DNA of 44,748 bases. It comes from a bacterium (lineage in GTDB: Bacteria > Hydrothermota > Tepidihabitantia > Tepidihabitantales > Tepidihabitantaceae). Made by a program: the position numbers and the translations under genes. This document shows positions 1 through 9,653 of the stretch, piece after piece. The notes under the pieces are model-generated. The model did not search any database. It was not told the DNA's origin and saw only the letters and a list, made by a program, of their open reading frames with translations. Each line of letters starts with the position of its first letter. The stretch's first letter is position 1. The stretch is taken from positions 1 through 44,748 of the forward strand of contig JAWOHE010000062.1 of assembly GCA_046485285.1 (NCBI GenBank). The letters are read 5' to 3'.

Positions 1-1213
1 GCTCCTCCGCTATCCCGCCCGCCTCGTCACGGATGACGTAGACCTGCCGGCTGTTGAGATGACTGACATACAGCCGCCGGCTGCGCGGGGAGTACGCAAG
101 CTCGAAAGGCGCGTCCTGCACCGGCAGTGTTGTGAGCAACTGCGACCCGTCGTACGACAGCACCGAAACCTCATCCGAGTAGTTGACGCAATAGGTGCGA
201 CGGCTCTCACTGCTCGCCAGGATGCGCTCTGGCAAGTCCCCGACTGACACAACCGAGACAACCGAGTCCGTCTGGCCATCAACCGTGTACACGGCTCTCA
301 CTGCCGGGCTGTAGACGCCAATGAAGACCAACCCAAGTTCCTCGTTGACGGAGAGAGCTGTGACCATGCTCTGCGCAGGCAGGGCGATGCGTGCACTCAC
401 CCCGTTGGTGGCCCCATCAATCACCGTCACATCCTCATAGCTGTCGCAGTAGAACTTGTCGGCCGAGGCGCAGTAGCACGCCGACTGCGGGGCGACGCCT
501 GAATGCAGGGGGATCGTGGCAACAACCTGGTTAGACCAGAGGTCGATGACCGACACCGACGAATCGTCCCAGTTCAGCACGTACAGCTTCCGGTGCCGGC
601 CGTTGAGAAACATCTTGAGCGGGGAGCGACCGACCGGTATCTCGCAGATGAGCGAGTCCTGCGTGCAGTCGAACACCGCCACCACACCGCGCTCCGGACA
701 CGAAACATACAACCGGTCGCGCATCCCGTCCCAGACGCACACCCGGGCCCATTCAAGCGGAATCGCCTTGATGCGCCGGTGCGTCCGGCCGTCAATCACC
801 GCCAGAGACTCGGCTTCGAAGCCGAAGGGAAGGTAGAGCTTGTGGTCGATGGAGTCGTAGGCCATATACATCGGCCAATCGACCGGCCAACTCGCTACCA
901 CGTGGTTGGTCGCGCAGTCGATGGCGAAGAAGATGCCGTCTCGGTACACGCAGCGGCCGTACACCACGTCCATCAGCGGGTTATAGGCCATGCTCCCTAC
1001 CCAGGCCCCGCCGACGTCAATCGAGTCCTCGACCCACTGCCCGTACCCGGACGCCGCCAGCGCGAGCAGGAGCACGAGGACCGCGGGGCGGAGGCATCGG
1101 CGGGTGGTCATCGGTCTGCCCGGTGAGCCGGGTCTGAGCCGCGGCGGTGGAACTGCGGGGACCGGCAGGAACAGGGCGGCAGGCTCCGGACGGCTTCTTC
1201 TACCGGTGCGCAC
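1..1213 (-). CDS. Secreted YncE-like beta-propeller protein, 3' end outside window
   Basis: Not in the ORF track. Hand translation of both ends in one frame: GTG 1213 after SD AAGGAGG, or in-frame ATG 1111, MTTRRCLRPAVLVLLLALAASGYGQWVEDSIDV (signal peptide), IDCATNHVVA repeat, ending VYVIRDEAGGIAEE, the linker that precedes a C-terminal sorting tail. Confidence 0.8.
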   Translation of the reverse strand, partial: MRTGRRSRPEPAALFLPVPAVPPPRLRPGSPGRPMTTRRCLRPAVLVLLLALAASGYGQWVEDSIDVGGAWVGSMAYNPLMDVVYGRCVYRDGIFFAIDCATNHVVASWPVDWPMYMAYDSIDHKLYLPFGFEAESLAVIDGRTHRRIKAIPLEWARVCVWDGMRDRLYVSCPERGVVAVFDCTQDSLICEIPVGRSPLKMFLNGRHRKLYVLNWDDSSVSVIDLWSNQVVATIPLHSGVAPQSACYCASADKFYCDSYEDVTVIDGATNGVSARIALPAQSMVTALSVNEELGLVFIGVYSPAVRAVYTVDGQTDSVVSVVSVGDLPERILASSESRRTYCVNYSDEVSVLSYDGSQLLTTLPVQDAPFELAYSPRSRRLYVSHLNSRQVYVIRDEAGGIAEE

Positions 1214-1331
1214 AGGTCCTCCTTTGCACCGCGGTCTTCTGCCGACTCCGGCACCGATGGGCACCCGTCGTGCCGGCTGAAACAGTCCGCACTCTCGCGG
1301 CGGTGCCGGCGTCATCCCCGCGGACAGCCTG

Positions 1332-1360
1332 AGTGTAGCACCCCCTCACTTGCCGGTCAA
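1332..1360 (-). promoter_or_regulatory. Sigma70-type promoter for the propeller gene
   Basis: TTGACC-17-TACACT on the minus strand. Confidence 0.6.
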
Positions 1361-1424
1361 GATGGCAAACGCACCTGCCCGGCCGCACCGTCCCGCCCCC
1401 GGACCGCCCGGGAAAGGAGCCGGT

Positions 1425-1490
1425 CTACCCCACCAGCACCAGCCTTGCCGACTCGCCCGTATCCTCCCCCCGCGCCGCCACTCCGGCCGG
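1425..1490 (-). pseudogene. Stranded remnant of a C-terminal sorting-domain coding end
   Basis: Reads PAGVAARGEDTGESARLVLVG*, similar to RGVYFVRRQGTGESSRLVLVK* at 43829; shared caccagcaccagcc. Confidence 0.55.
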
Positions 1491-1549
1491 TCCTGGAGGC
1501 GCAGTGGCCGGTGCGGTGTCCCGCGGACCCGACCGAAGGCGGTCGCCGG

Positions 1550-2068
1550 TCAGCCCTGGTCCTGCAGGTCGTCCCGCAGCAGCCGTTCGATCTCGAGGTC
1601 GAGCGAGTCGAGCTCTGGCCCCTCGCTCTTCAGGATCGTCCGGACATAGCGCGAGACGGTGTTGACCAGCGCCTTGTAGCGGCTGAATAGCGGACCTCGA
1701 CGCCGGTTGAGCTCGCGCTGGTCGGTGATTGTCTCGGTCTCGGCCAGCCCGGCGCGGATGCCGTCGAGCTCGGCCGCGATCACTCCGGCGAGCGAGTCCT
1801 GCTCCACGGTCGGCTCGGTCACCCGGACCCGGAACCGCTCGTACCGGTCCTCGAGCCGGGCGAGCCGGCGGGTCGTCCCGGCCCGGAACCGGCGGAGCCC
1901 GACGTCGGGCGGCTGGGACTGGAGATGAAGCGGCACATCGACCGGCGCGATGCGACGGGCGCCCCTGACGACGACGACGCCGGCCGCGATGACCATCATC
2001 ACGAGCATCATCCCGACGAGCAGGAAGAGTGCCGACCGGCCGCTCTCAGTCTGAACGCATCGACTCAT
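1550..2068 (-). CDS. Hypothetical membrane-anchored helical protein
   Basis: 172 aa, one N-terminal hydrophobic segment, charged helical remainder; TTGCAG-18-TATAAT directly upstream. Confidence 0.75.
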   Translation of the reverse strand: MSRCVQTESGRSALFLLVGMMLVMMVIAAGVVVVRGARRIAPVDVPLHLQSQPPDVGLRRFRAGTTRRLARLEDRYERFRVRVTEPTVEQDSLAGVIAAELDGIRAGLAETETITDQRELNRRRGPLFSRYKALVNTVSRYVRTILKSEGPELDSLDLEIERLLRDDLQDQG

Positions 2069-2125
2069 ACCACATTATAAGCGAAGATTGACGGAACCTG
2101 CAACGTCTTCTCCACCCGGCCCGGC

Positions 2126-2153
2126 TTGACTGAGCCGGTTTCCCGGGTAGATT
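2126..2153 (+). promoter_or_regulatory. tRNA promoter
   Basis: TTGACT-16-TAGATT, 12 nt before the tRNA. Confidence 0.65.
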
Positions 2154-2165
2154 CTAGTCACTGAT

Positions 2166-2239
2166 TGCGGGGTGGAGCAGCCTGGTAGCTCGTGAGGCTC
2201 ATAACCTCAAGGTCGCTGGTTCGAATCCAGCCCCCGCTA
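2166..2239 (+). tRNA. tRNA-Met(CAT), initiator type; CCA not encoded
   Basis: Cloverleaf: T-GCGGGG/CCCCGC-T acceptor with 1:72 mismatch, fMet-type D arm GGAGCAGCCTGGTAGCTCG, TGAGG-CTCATAA-CCTCA, GCTGG-TTCGAAT-CCAGC. Confidence 0.95.
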
Positions 2240-2245
2240 CTGACT

Positions 2246-2271
2246 CGAGGCCCGGCGCGCGCCGGGCCTCG
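2246..2271. terminator. Probable bidirectional terminator hairpin
   Basis: Perfect 26-nt palindrome cgaggcccggcgcgcgccgggcctcg between convergent tRNA and mazG. Confidence 0.6.
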
Positions 2272-2294
2272 TTCGTTACGGCCGGTCGCCGAGT

Positions 2295-3095
2295 TCAGTC
2301 GTCCTGGCGGCGCTTCACTTCATCCCAGACCCGGTCCATCTCGGCCAGCGAAGCGTCCTCGAGCCGGACGCCGCGTCGCCGGAAATCCGCCTCGACATCG
2401 CGGAACCGGCGCGCGAACCTGGCATTCGCGTCCCGGAGCGCGCTCTCGGCGTCGATGTCGAGGTGCCGGGCGAGGTTGACCAGTGCGAAGAGCACGTCGC
2501 CGAGTTCCTCCGCGGCCCGCTCGCGGCCGGTCTCGCCCCGGTCCAGTTCCCAGCGCAGCTCGCAGACCTCCTCGCCGACCTTGTCGAGCACGTCACCCGG
2601 GTCGGTCCAGTCGAAACCGACCCGCCGACAGCGCTCCTGGATGAGCCGCGCCTGCTTGAGCGCGGGCAGGGCCCGGGGCAGGCCGTCGAGAGTCGAGTCG
2701 CGCGCCTGACCGGGCTTGTCCTCGGCCTGCTTGATGCGCTCCCAGTTCTCGAGCACCTCGTCCGCGCCGCTGACCTCCGCGGTCCCGTAGACGTGGGGGT
2801 GGCGGCGCTTCAGCTTGGCAACAGCTCCGGCCAGCGCGTCCTCGAGCCTGACGCCGGACTCGGCTTCGAGGACGTCGGCCAGGAACAGCCCGACAAACAG
2901 GTAGTCGCCGAGCTCCTCGACGACCTCGGCCGGGTCGCCCGAGGCGAGCGCCTCGTCAAGCTCGTATGCCTCGTTGAGCACCAGCGGCCGGGTGCTGGCG
3001 ACGGTCTGGTCGCGGTCCCACGGACATTCCGCGCGCAGGCGGCGCACGACCTCGAGCAGGTCGGCGAACCGGCCGCGCGCGCCCGGGTCAGTCAC
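2295..3095 (-). CDS. mazG: Nucleoside triphosphate pyrophosphohydrolase MazG
   Basis: LRAECPWDRDQT, EELGD twice, RRHPHVYG, GFDW; start moved to GTG 3095, which lies 5 nt after TTGACG-16-TAGACT. Confidence 0.93.
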   Translation of the reverse strand: MTDPGARGRFADLLEVVRRLRAECPWDRDQTVASTRPLVLNEAYELDEALASGDPAEVVEELGDYLFVGLFLADVLEAESGVRLEDALAGAVAKLKRRHPHVYGTAEVSGADEVLENWERIKQAEDKPGQARDSTLDGLPRALPALKQARLIQERCRRVGFDWTDPGDVLDKVGEEVCELRWELDRGETGRERAAEELGDVLFALVNLARHLDIDAESALRDANARFARRFRDVEADFRRRGVRLEDASLAEMDRVWDEVKRRQDD

Positions 3096-3232
3096 GCGCC
3101 AGTCTAGCCTGCTTCCACCGGTCGTCAACCTGCTTTCCACCAACCGTCCCCTCCTGCCGGACGACTTCTCCGACGGGTTGTCCGGGCGCTGTCAACAGGT
3201 TGTCCACCAGAGTTTCGGGTTGCCGGCCAGGC

Positions 3233-3801
3233 TCAGGGCCGGTCATCGGCCTCGCCACCGACCAGCCGCTTGAGTTCGGCGAGCGGCGAGTCGGCCGGCG
3301 GCGAGCAGCCGCAAGGTCCCTCGTTGAGATCCTTGCCGCAGGTCGGGCACTGCCCCTTGCAGTCCGGCCGGCACGTCGGCGCGATGGGAATCGCAAGGTG
3401 AATCGTGTCGCGCACCAGCGGGCCGAGTTCGAGCGCGTCGCCCTCGAACCGCAGCCGCTCGACGTCCCGGCCGTCCATCACCTTGCCGTCGACCGGGGGC
3501 ACCTCGCCCTCGCCGAGGAACTCGGTCTGCAGCGGCTCCGCGTAATCCCGGACGAACTCCCCGGCGCAGACCGCGCAGACCATTCGCGCCCGGAACCTGA
3601 CGACGCCGTTGACCAGGAACCGCCGGCCGCTGCGAACGATGTCGAGCCCGACCTTGATCAGCCCGACCAGCTTCAGGAACGACGGGTTTTCGGCAACCTC
3701 GTGCTTCTCCGCGCCGATGTCGGCGGGCTCGAGCTCGAACTCGAGCCGGTTCGACCCCTGCTTGAGGGTCGCGATCGGGACGCGCCAGGGCCGGCGCTTC
3801 A

Positions 3802-3805
<4 letters not shown>
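3233..3805 (-). CDS. yceD: DUF177/YceD family protein
   Basis: CAVC and CRPDCKGQCPTCGKDLNEGPCGC motifs. Confidence 0.9.
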
Positions 3806-4815
<1,010 letters not shown>

Positions 4816-4878
4816 GTCAGGATCGCCGCGTTCGACGCTTCGCGCCCGCTCCCCGCGCGGCCCGGCTCCCGCACCGCC

Positions 4879-6033
4879 CTATACCCGTCCCCACGTGCCC
4901 GACGAGCGCTTGTTCGGCTTGAAGGCCTTCAGCTTGTCGAGCACCTGGGGCAGGGTCGTGTACTCCATGTCCTTGAGGCCCAGCCGGTGCGGCTCGAACG
5001 GCCCGTGGCGGCGGATGTAGTCCGCGACCTCGTTGGCCTTCTGCCGGGCGAGGTCGAACGACGGGTCGTCGAACATGTCCCGCGGGCCGACCAGCCTGCC
5101 CTCGGCAAGCTGGAACCCGCAGGCAATCACCCGCGGCGGACCGTCGAAGCGCGACGGCGTCGCCTGCGCCCGCGAGGTCGGCATCATCGGGCCGTAGTGG
5201 GAGCCCCGCATCCAGCCCGAGACCATGTGCGGGAACGCGAACGGCTCCAGCGCCTCGCCGACCGCGGGCAGGCCGGACTGACAGCGGACAATCATCACCG
5301 GGTCGTCCTTGCCGACGTAGCGCCCGGCGATGAGCGCGAGCTTCTGGGTCGAGGTCGTCGCGGCAATGTCGCCCTTCTTCGTGAAGACATTCTGGATGAC
5401 GTAGTTCTCGGGCGAGCCGATGAGCACCAGCAGGTCGTACATCTGCTCCGGGCAGGCGAGCTTGACGTCCGTCCCGCCGTGCACGTCGTGGACCTGGAAC
5501 ACGAACCCGTCGTGCATCGACGGGTCGATGACCAGCCCGATGGTGTTGAACGGGTCGGCGAACATCCGGAACAGCGGCAGGTTCCAGGCCCCGGGTGCGC
5601 ACTTGTCACCGCAGAAGACCAGGACCGGCTCCGCCTTCCGCTCCTCGAAGGTCATCTCGGCACAGCCCGGCCCCATCCCCTTGACGTTGCCCGAGAACGA
5701 ATCGGCGAGCATATCCTGCCCCGCGCCGTAGAGCTTGAGCTTGCGCGCGAGCCGGGTCCCGTCCATGAAGATGTCCCAGGCCAGCTTATGGACCTGGCGG
5801 TTGTTGTCACCGTGGCGGTGGGTCATGATCAGGTCCATGTCGTCGCCGACGTTGGTGACGCGGAAGTCGACCAGGAAACCCTTCGCCTTGGCGGCCCCGA
5901 GCAGTTTCTCGGCCCGGGCCAGGATGTCGGGGTGGCTGGCCGAGTGGCCGACATAGCCGCCGATGTCGGCCTTGATGACGGATACGGTTATCCTGCTGTC
6001 GTTCTTCTTCGCGGGCCTCGTGCTCTTGGCCAT
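4879..6033 (-). CDS. fbp: Fructose-1,6-bisphosphate aldolase/phosphatase (FBPase class V)
   Basis: KADIGG..GH, VGDD, YGAGQD, YVGKDDP, GWMRGSH, RFDGPP; ATG 6033 after SD AGGAGGAG (the track's longer N-terminus is antisense to rplM). Confidence 0.95.
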   Translation of the reverse strand: MAKSTRPAKKNDSRITVSVIKADIGGYVGHSASHPDILARAEKLLGAAKAKGFLVDFRVTNVGDDMDLIMTHRHGDNNRQVHKLAWDIFMDGTRLARKLKLYGAGQDMLADSFSGNVKGMGPGCAEMTFEERKAEPVLVFCGDKCAPGAWNLPLFRMFADPFNTIGLVIDPSMHDGFVFQVHDVHGGTDVKLACPEQMYDLLVLIGSPENYVIQNVFTKKGDIAATTSTQKLALIAGRYVGKDDPVMIVRCQSGLPAVGEALEPFAFPHMVSGWMRGSHYGPMMPTSRAQATPSRFDGPPRVIACGFQLAEGRLVGPRDMFDDPSFDLARQKANEVADYIRRHGPFEPHRLGLKDMEYTTLPQVLDKLKAFKPNKRSSGTWGRV

Positions 6034-6135
6034 CGATTCTTCTCCTCCTGTTAGCTGCGCGGTGCCTCGCCCGGGCCGGTCGCCCGGCGCGAAGGCCACT
6101 GGCGATAAGCATAAGCCCGGCACGCCGGCGGTCAA
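6034..6135 (-). promoter_or_regulatory. fbp promoter and hairpin-containing leader
   Basis: TTGACC-16-TATGCT (6135-6108); leader GCCTTCGCGCCGGGC-GACCG-GCCCGGGCGAGGC can fold as one stem. Confidence 0.6.
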
Positions 6136-6166
6136 GCGCCGGCCGGAACCGGCCGCGAATCTTGAC

Positions 6167-6262
6167 TTGATTCCGGCCCGGACATCCATATAATGTCCAA
6201 CTCGCATTGCGAGTCCTTGTCCCATTGCCCGCAGTTGACAGGCTGGCTGTCTTGAGTATAAG
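6167..6262 (+). promoter_or_regulatory. Tandem promoters of the rplM operon
   Basis: TTGATT-16-TATAAT (6167-6194) and TTGACA-16-TATAAG (6235-6262). Confidence 0.65.
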
Positions 6263-6273
6263 GAACGACACTG

Positions 6274-6711
6274 ATGAAGACTTTTGTGCAGAAGAAGGAA
6301 GCGGTTCGCCGCAACTGGCACGTCATTGACGCCGACGGGCAGGTGCTCGGCCGGCTGGCGACCCGGGTCGCCGGGCTGCTGATCGGCAAGCACAAGCCCG
6401 ACTTCACCCCCCACGTCGACGCCGGGGACCACGTCATCGTCGTCAACGCCGGCGGCATCCGCGTCACCGGCAAGAAGCTGACCGACAAGATCTACTACCG
6501 CCACTCGTTCTTCCCGGGCGGGCTCAAGTCGCGGACCTACCAGCAGATGGTCGAGCGTTTCCCGACCCGGCCCCTCGAGCTGGCGGTCAAGCGAATGCTT
6601 CCCAAGAACCGCCAGCAGGCGCCGCGGATGAAGCGCCTGCACATCTACGTCGGCCCGGAGCACCGGCACCACGCCCAGCTCCGCGCCGAAACAGCATCGG
6701 TGGAGAAATGA
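6274..6711 (+). CDS. rplM: 50S ribosomal protein L13
   Basis: WHVIDADGQVLGRLA, GKHKPDFTPHVDAGD, YYRHS. Confidence 0.98.
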   Translation: MKTFVQKKEAVRRNWHVIDADGQVLGRLATRVAGLLIGKHKPDFTPHVDAGDHVIVVNAGGIRVTGKKLTDKIYYRHSFFPGGLKSRTYQQMVERFPTRPLELAVKRMLPKNRQQAPRMKRLHIYVGPEHRHHAQLRAETASVEK

Positions 6712-7097
6712 CCAATCGCATATTCGCCGTCGGTTCCCGCAAGTCCGCCACCGTCCGGGTCTGGCTCGACCCCGGGAACGACGAACGGACCGTCAACGGC
6801 CGGTCTTTCAAGGACTACTTCGGCCGCAGTGACCTGGTCGAGAATGCCCTCGCCCCGCTCCGCGTCGCCGGCACGCCGGCGAGCGTCGGCGTCACCTGCC
6901 GGGCCGCGGGCGGCGGCATCAGCGCCCAGGCCGAGGCAATCGCCCTCGGCATCGCCAGGGCACTCACCAAGTCCGACCCCGAGCTCCGCAAGCCGCTCAA
7001 GGACGCCGAGTTCCTCAAGCGCGACCCGCGCGAGCACGAGCGGATGAAGTACGGCCTTGCCAAACGGAGGAAGCGCTTCCAGTGGACCAAACGATAA
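6708..7097 (+). CDS. rpsI: 30S ribosomal protein S9
   Basis: GGGISAQAEAIALGIARAL, RDPREHERMKYGLAKRRKRFQWTKR. Confidence 0.97.
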   Translation: MTNRIFAVGSRKSATVRVWLDPGNDERTVNGRSFKDYFGRSDLVENALAPLRVAGTPASVGVTCRAAGGGISAQAEAIALGIARALTKSDPELRKPLKDAEFLKRDPREHERMKYGLAKRRKRFQWTKR

Positions 7098-7804
7098 CGC
7101 TCAGGAGCCTGCTCGAAGCCGGGCTGCACTTCGGCCACCGCGCCCATCGCTGGAACCCGAAGATGAAGCCCTACATCTTCGGCAAGCGCAACGGCATCTA
7201 CATCATCGACCTCGAGAAGACCATCGAGCGCCTGCGCGTCGCCTACGACGCCATCCGCAACGTCTCCGAGGCCGGCCAGGACATCCTCTTCGTCGGCACC
7301 AAGCAACAGGCCCGGCCGATCATCAAGGAGGAAGCCGAGCGCTGCGGCGCGTTCTACGTCACCGAGCGCTGGATCGGCGGGCTGCTCACCAACTACGACA
7401 CCGTCGCGGTCCGCATCCACCGGATGGTCGAGCTCGAGCGGATGATGGCCGCCGACGACTACGGCGACGCGACCAAGAAGGAAGCCATCCTGATGCGTCG
7501 CGAGCACGCCAAGCTCGCCAAGATGTTCGGCGGCGTCCGGGAGATGGACCGGCTGCCCGGCGCGGTCTTCCTCGTCGACCCGATGCGCGAGGACACGGCC
7601 CTCGCCGAAGCCCGGCGCATCAAGGTCCCGGTCGTCGCGCTCATCGACACCAACGGCAACCCCGACAACATCGAGTACCCGATCCCGGGCAACGACGACG
7701 CGCTCCGGTCGATCAAGCTCGTAGCCGGCACGATCGCCAACGCCGTCCTCGAGGGCCGCAAGGAACACGAGTCGGAACCCGAGCCCCCGCAGGAGGAATC
7801 GTGA
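7082..7804 (+). CDS. rpsB: 30S ribosomal protein S2
   Basis: LLEAGLHFGH, WNPKMKPYIFG, RWIGGLLTN, IPGNDDA. Confidence 0.98.
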   Translation: MDQTITLRSLLEAGLHFGHRAHRWNPKMKPYIFGKRNGIYIIDLEKTIERLRVAYDAIRNVSEAGQDILFVGTKQQARPIIKEEAERCGAFYVTERWIGGLLTNYDTVAVRIHRMVELERMMAADDYGDATKKEAILMRREHAKLAKMFGGVREMDRLPGAVFLVDPMREDTALAEARRIKVPVVALIDTNGNPDNIEYPIPGNDDALRSIKLVAGTIANAVLEGRKEHESEPEPPQEES

Positions 7805-8394
7805 GCCAGCCGATGGAGAAGGTCCGCGAACTGCGCGAGCGCACCAGCGCCGGGATAATGGACTGCAAGGGCGCGCTGGAAGAGGCCGCCGGCGACATCG
7901 ACAAGGCCATCGAGATCCTTCGCACCAGGGGCATCGCCAAGGCCGCCAAGAAAGCCGAGCGCAAGACCTCGGCCGGCGTCGTCGACGCTTACATCCACCC
8001 GGGCGAGAAGCTCGGCGTGCTCATCGAAGTCGCGGTCGAGACCGACTTCGTCGCCCGCAACCAGGAGTTTCGCCGCTTCGTCCGCGACCTCGCGATGCAC
8101 ATCGCCGCGACCGACCCGGTCGCGCTCGACCGCGCCAACGTGCCGGCCGAGGCGGTCGAGCGCGAGATGCGCATCTACCGCGAGCAGGTCGCCGGCTCGA
8201 AGAAACCCGCCAACATCGTCGAGAAGATTGTCGAGGGCAAGCTCGAGAAGTACTACTCCGAGTCCTGCCTGCTCGAACAGCCGTTCGTCAAGGACCCCGA
8301 CAAGACCGTCGGCGACTACCTCAAGGAACAGATCGCCAAGTTCGGCGAGAACTGCCGCGTCAACCGCTTCGTCCGCTTCAAAGTGGGTGAGTAG
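7801..8394 (+). CDS. tsf: Elongation factor Ts, short form
   Basis: ELRERTSAGIMDCKGAL, ETDFVARN, LLEQPFVKD; GTG 7801 after AGGAGG. Confidence 0.97.
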   Translation: MSQPMEKVRELRERTSAGIMDCKGALEEAAGDIDKAIEILRTRGIAKAAKKAERKTSAGVVDAYIHPGEKLGVLIEVAVETDFVARNQEFRRFVRDLAMHIAATDPVALDRANVPAEAVEREMRIYREQVAGSKKPANIVEKIVEGKLEKYYSESCLLEQPFVKDPDKTVGDYLKEQIAKFGENCRVNRFVRFKVGE

Positions 8395-9079
8395 CAGCCC
8401 CCGCCGTCGCTGCAAGCGGGTCCTTCTCAAGCTCTCGGGCGAGGTCTTCGCCCGCCCCGAACTCCTCGAATCGGTCCTCGGCCAGCTCGCCGCCCTGCGC
8501 CGCCGCCGCGTTGAAGTCGCGGTCGTCATCGGCGGTGGCAACATCCTGCGCGGTCGGGACGCGGCCGGAATGGACCGCGCCGCGGCCGACCGGGCCGGGA
8601 TGCTCGCGACCGTCGTCAACGGCATCGTGCTCGCCGACGCCCTCAGCCGCCGCCGGCTCGGGGTTACCCATCTCGCCGCCCGCGCCATCGCCGGCTTCGT
8701 CGCCGGCTACGACGTCGAGACCGCCCGTCGGGCTGTCGCCGAGGGCGTCCTCGTTCTCTCCGGCGGCACCGGCAATCCGTTCTTCTCAACCGACTCCGCC
8801 GCCGCCCTGCGCGCGGTCGAGCTCAACTGCGACGCCCTGCTCAAGGCCACCGGCGTCGCCGGCGTCTATTCGGCCGACCCGAAGCGGAACCCGAAGGCTA
8901 AGCTCTACCGCCGGCTCAGCTACGAGCGGGCGCTCGCCGAGCGACTGGCGGTGATGGACCTGACCGCCTTCGCCCTCTGCCTCGAGCACCGGGTCCCGAT
9001 CGTCGTGTTTGACTTGAAGCGGCCCCGGGCTATAGTGGAAATCGTCGCCGGGAAAACCATAGGGAGCTGCGTATGCTAG
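8387..9079 (+). CDS. pyrH: UMP kinase
   Basis: RVLLKLSGE, VIGGGNILRG, GTGNPFFSTDSAAALRA. Confidence 0.96.
   Translation: MSSSPRRRCKRVLLKLSGEVFARPELLESVLGQLAALRRRRVEVAVVIGGGNILRGRDAAGMDRAAADRAGMLATVVNGIVLADALSRRRLGVTHLAARAIAGFVAGYDVETARRAVAEGVLVLSGGTGNPFFSTDSAAALRAVELNCDALLKATGVAGVYSADPKRNPKAKLYRRLSYERALAERLAVMDLTAFALCLEHRVPIVVFDLKRPRAIVEIVAGKTIGSCVC
9009..9036 (+). promoter_or_regulatory. Internal promoter for frr inside pyrH
   Basis: TTGACT-16-TATAGT, made of codons atypical for this GC-rich gene. Confidence 0.55.
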
Positions 9080-9630
9080 AAAAGGTCTACTCCGACTACA
9101 AGGCCAGGATGCAGAAGTCGGTCGAGGTCCTCGAGACCGAGTTTGCCCGCATCCGCACCTCGCGCGCGAACCCCGCGATCCTCGATGGCATCAAGGTCGA
9201 CTACTACGGCACGCCGACGCCGCTCAAGCAGATCGCCTCGATATCGGTCCCCGAGCCGCGCCAGCTCGTCGTCCAGCCCTGGGACCGCAACGCCCTCGGT
9301 GAAGTCGAGAAGGCGATCCAGAAGTCCGAGCTCGGCCTCAATCCCAGGGTCGAGGCTAACCTTCTCCGGATCGTCATCCCGGCGCTGACCGAGGAGCGCC
9401 GGCGCGAGCTCGTCAAGCTCTGCGGCAAGCTCACCGAGGACGCCCGCATCGCTGTCCGCAACATCCGCCGCGAGGCCAACGAGCAGGTCAAGAAGCTCGA
9501 GAAGGACAAGCAGATTTCCGAGGACGACTCCAAGACCGCGGTCAAGAAGGTGCAGGAGCTGACCGACGAGTTCGTCGCCAAGCTCGACAAGCTCTTCAAG
9601 GCCAAGGAAGCCGAAGTCCTCGAGAAGTAG
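9073..9630 (+). CDS. frr: Ribosome recycling factor
   Basis: IRTSRANP, DYYGTPTPL, PALTEERRRELVK, RNIRR. Confidence 0.98.
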   Translation: MLEKVYSDYKARMQKSVEVLETEFARIRTSRANPAILDGIKVDYYGTPTPLKQIASISVPEPRQLVVQPWDRNALGEVEKAIQKSELGLNPRVEANLLRIVIPALTEERRRELVKLCGKLTEDARIAVRNIRREANEQVKKLEKDKQISEDDSKTAVKKVQELTDEFVAKLDKLFKAKEAEVLEK

Positions 9631-9653
9631 CCCGCGGCCCGGCGCGAGGTGCA

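Noticed and set aside
2166-2239. tRNA as island integration site
   Set aside because: No duplicated tRNA 3' end or integrase seen in the window
3110-3230. DnaA-box-like words (ttgtccacc, tttccacc)
   Set aside because: Several mismatches, no AT-rich unwinding region, no dnaA/dnaN nearby
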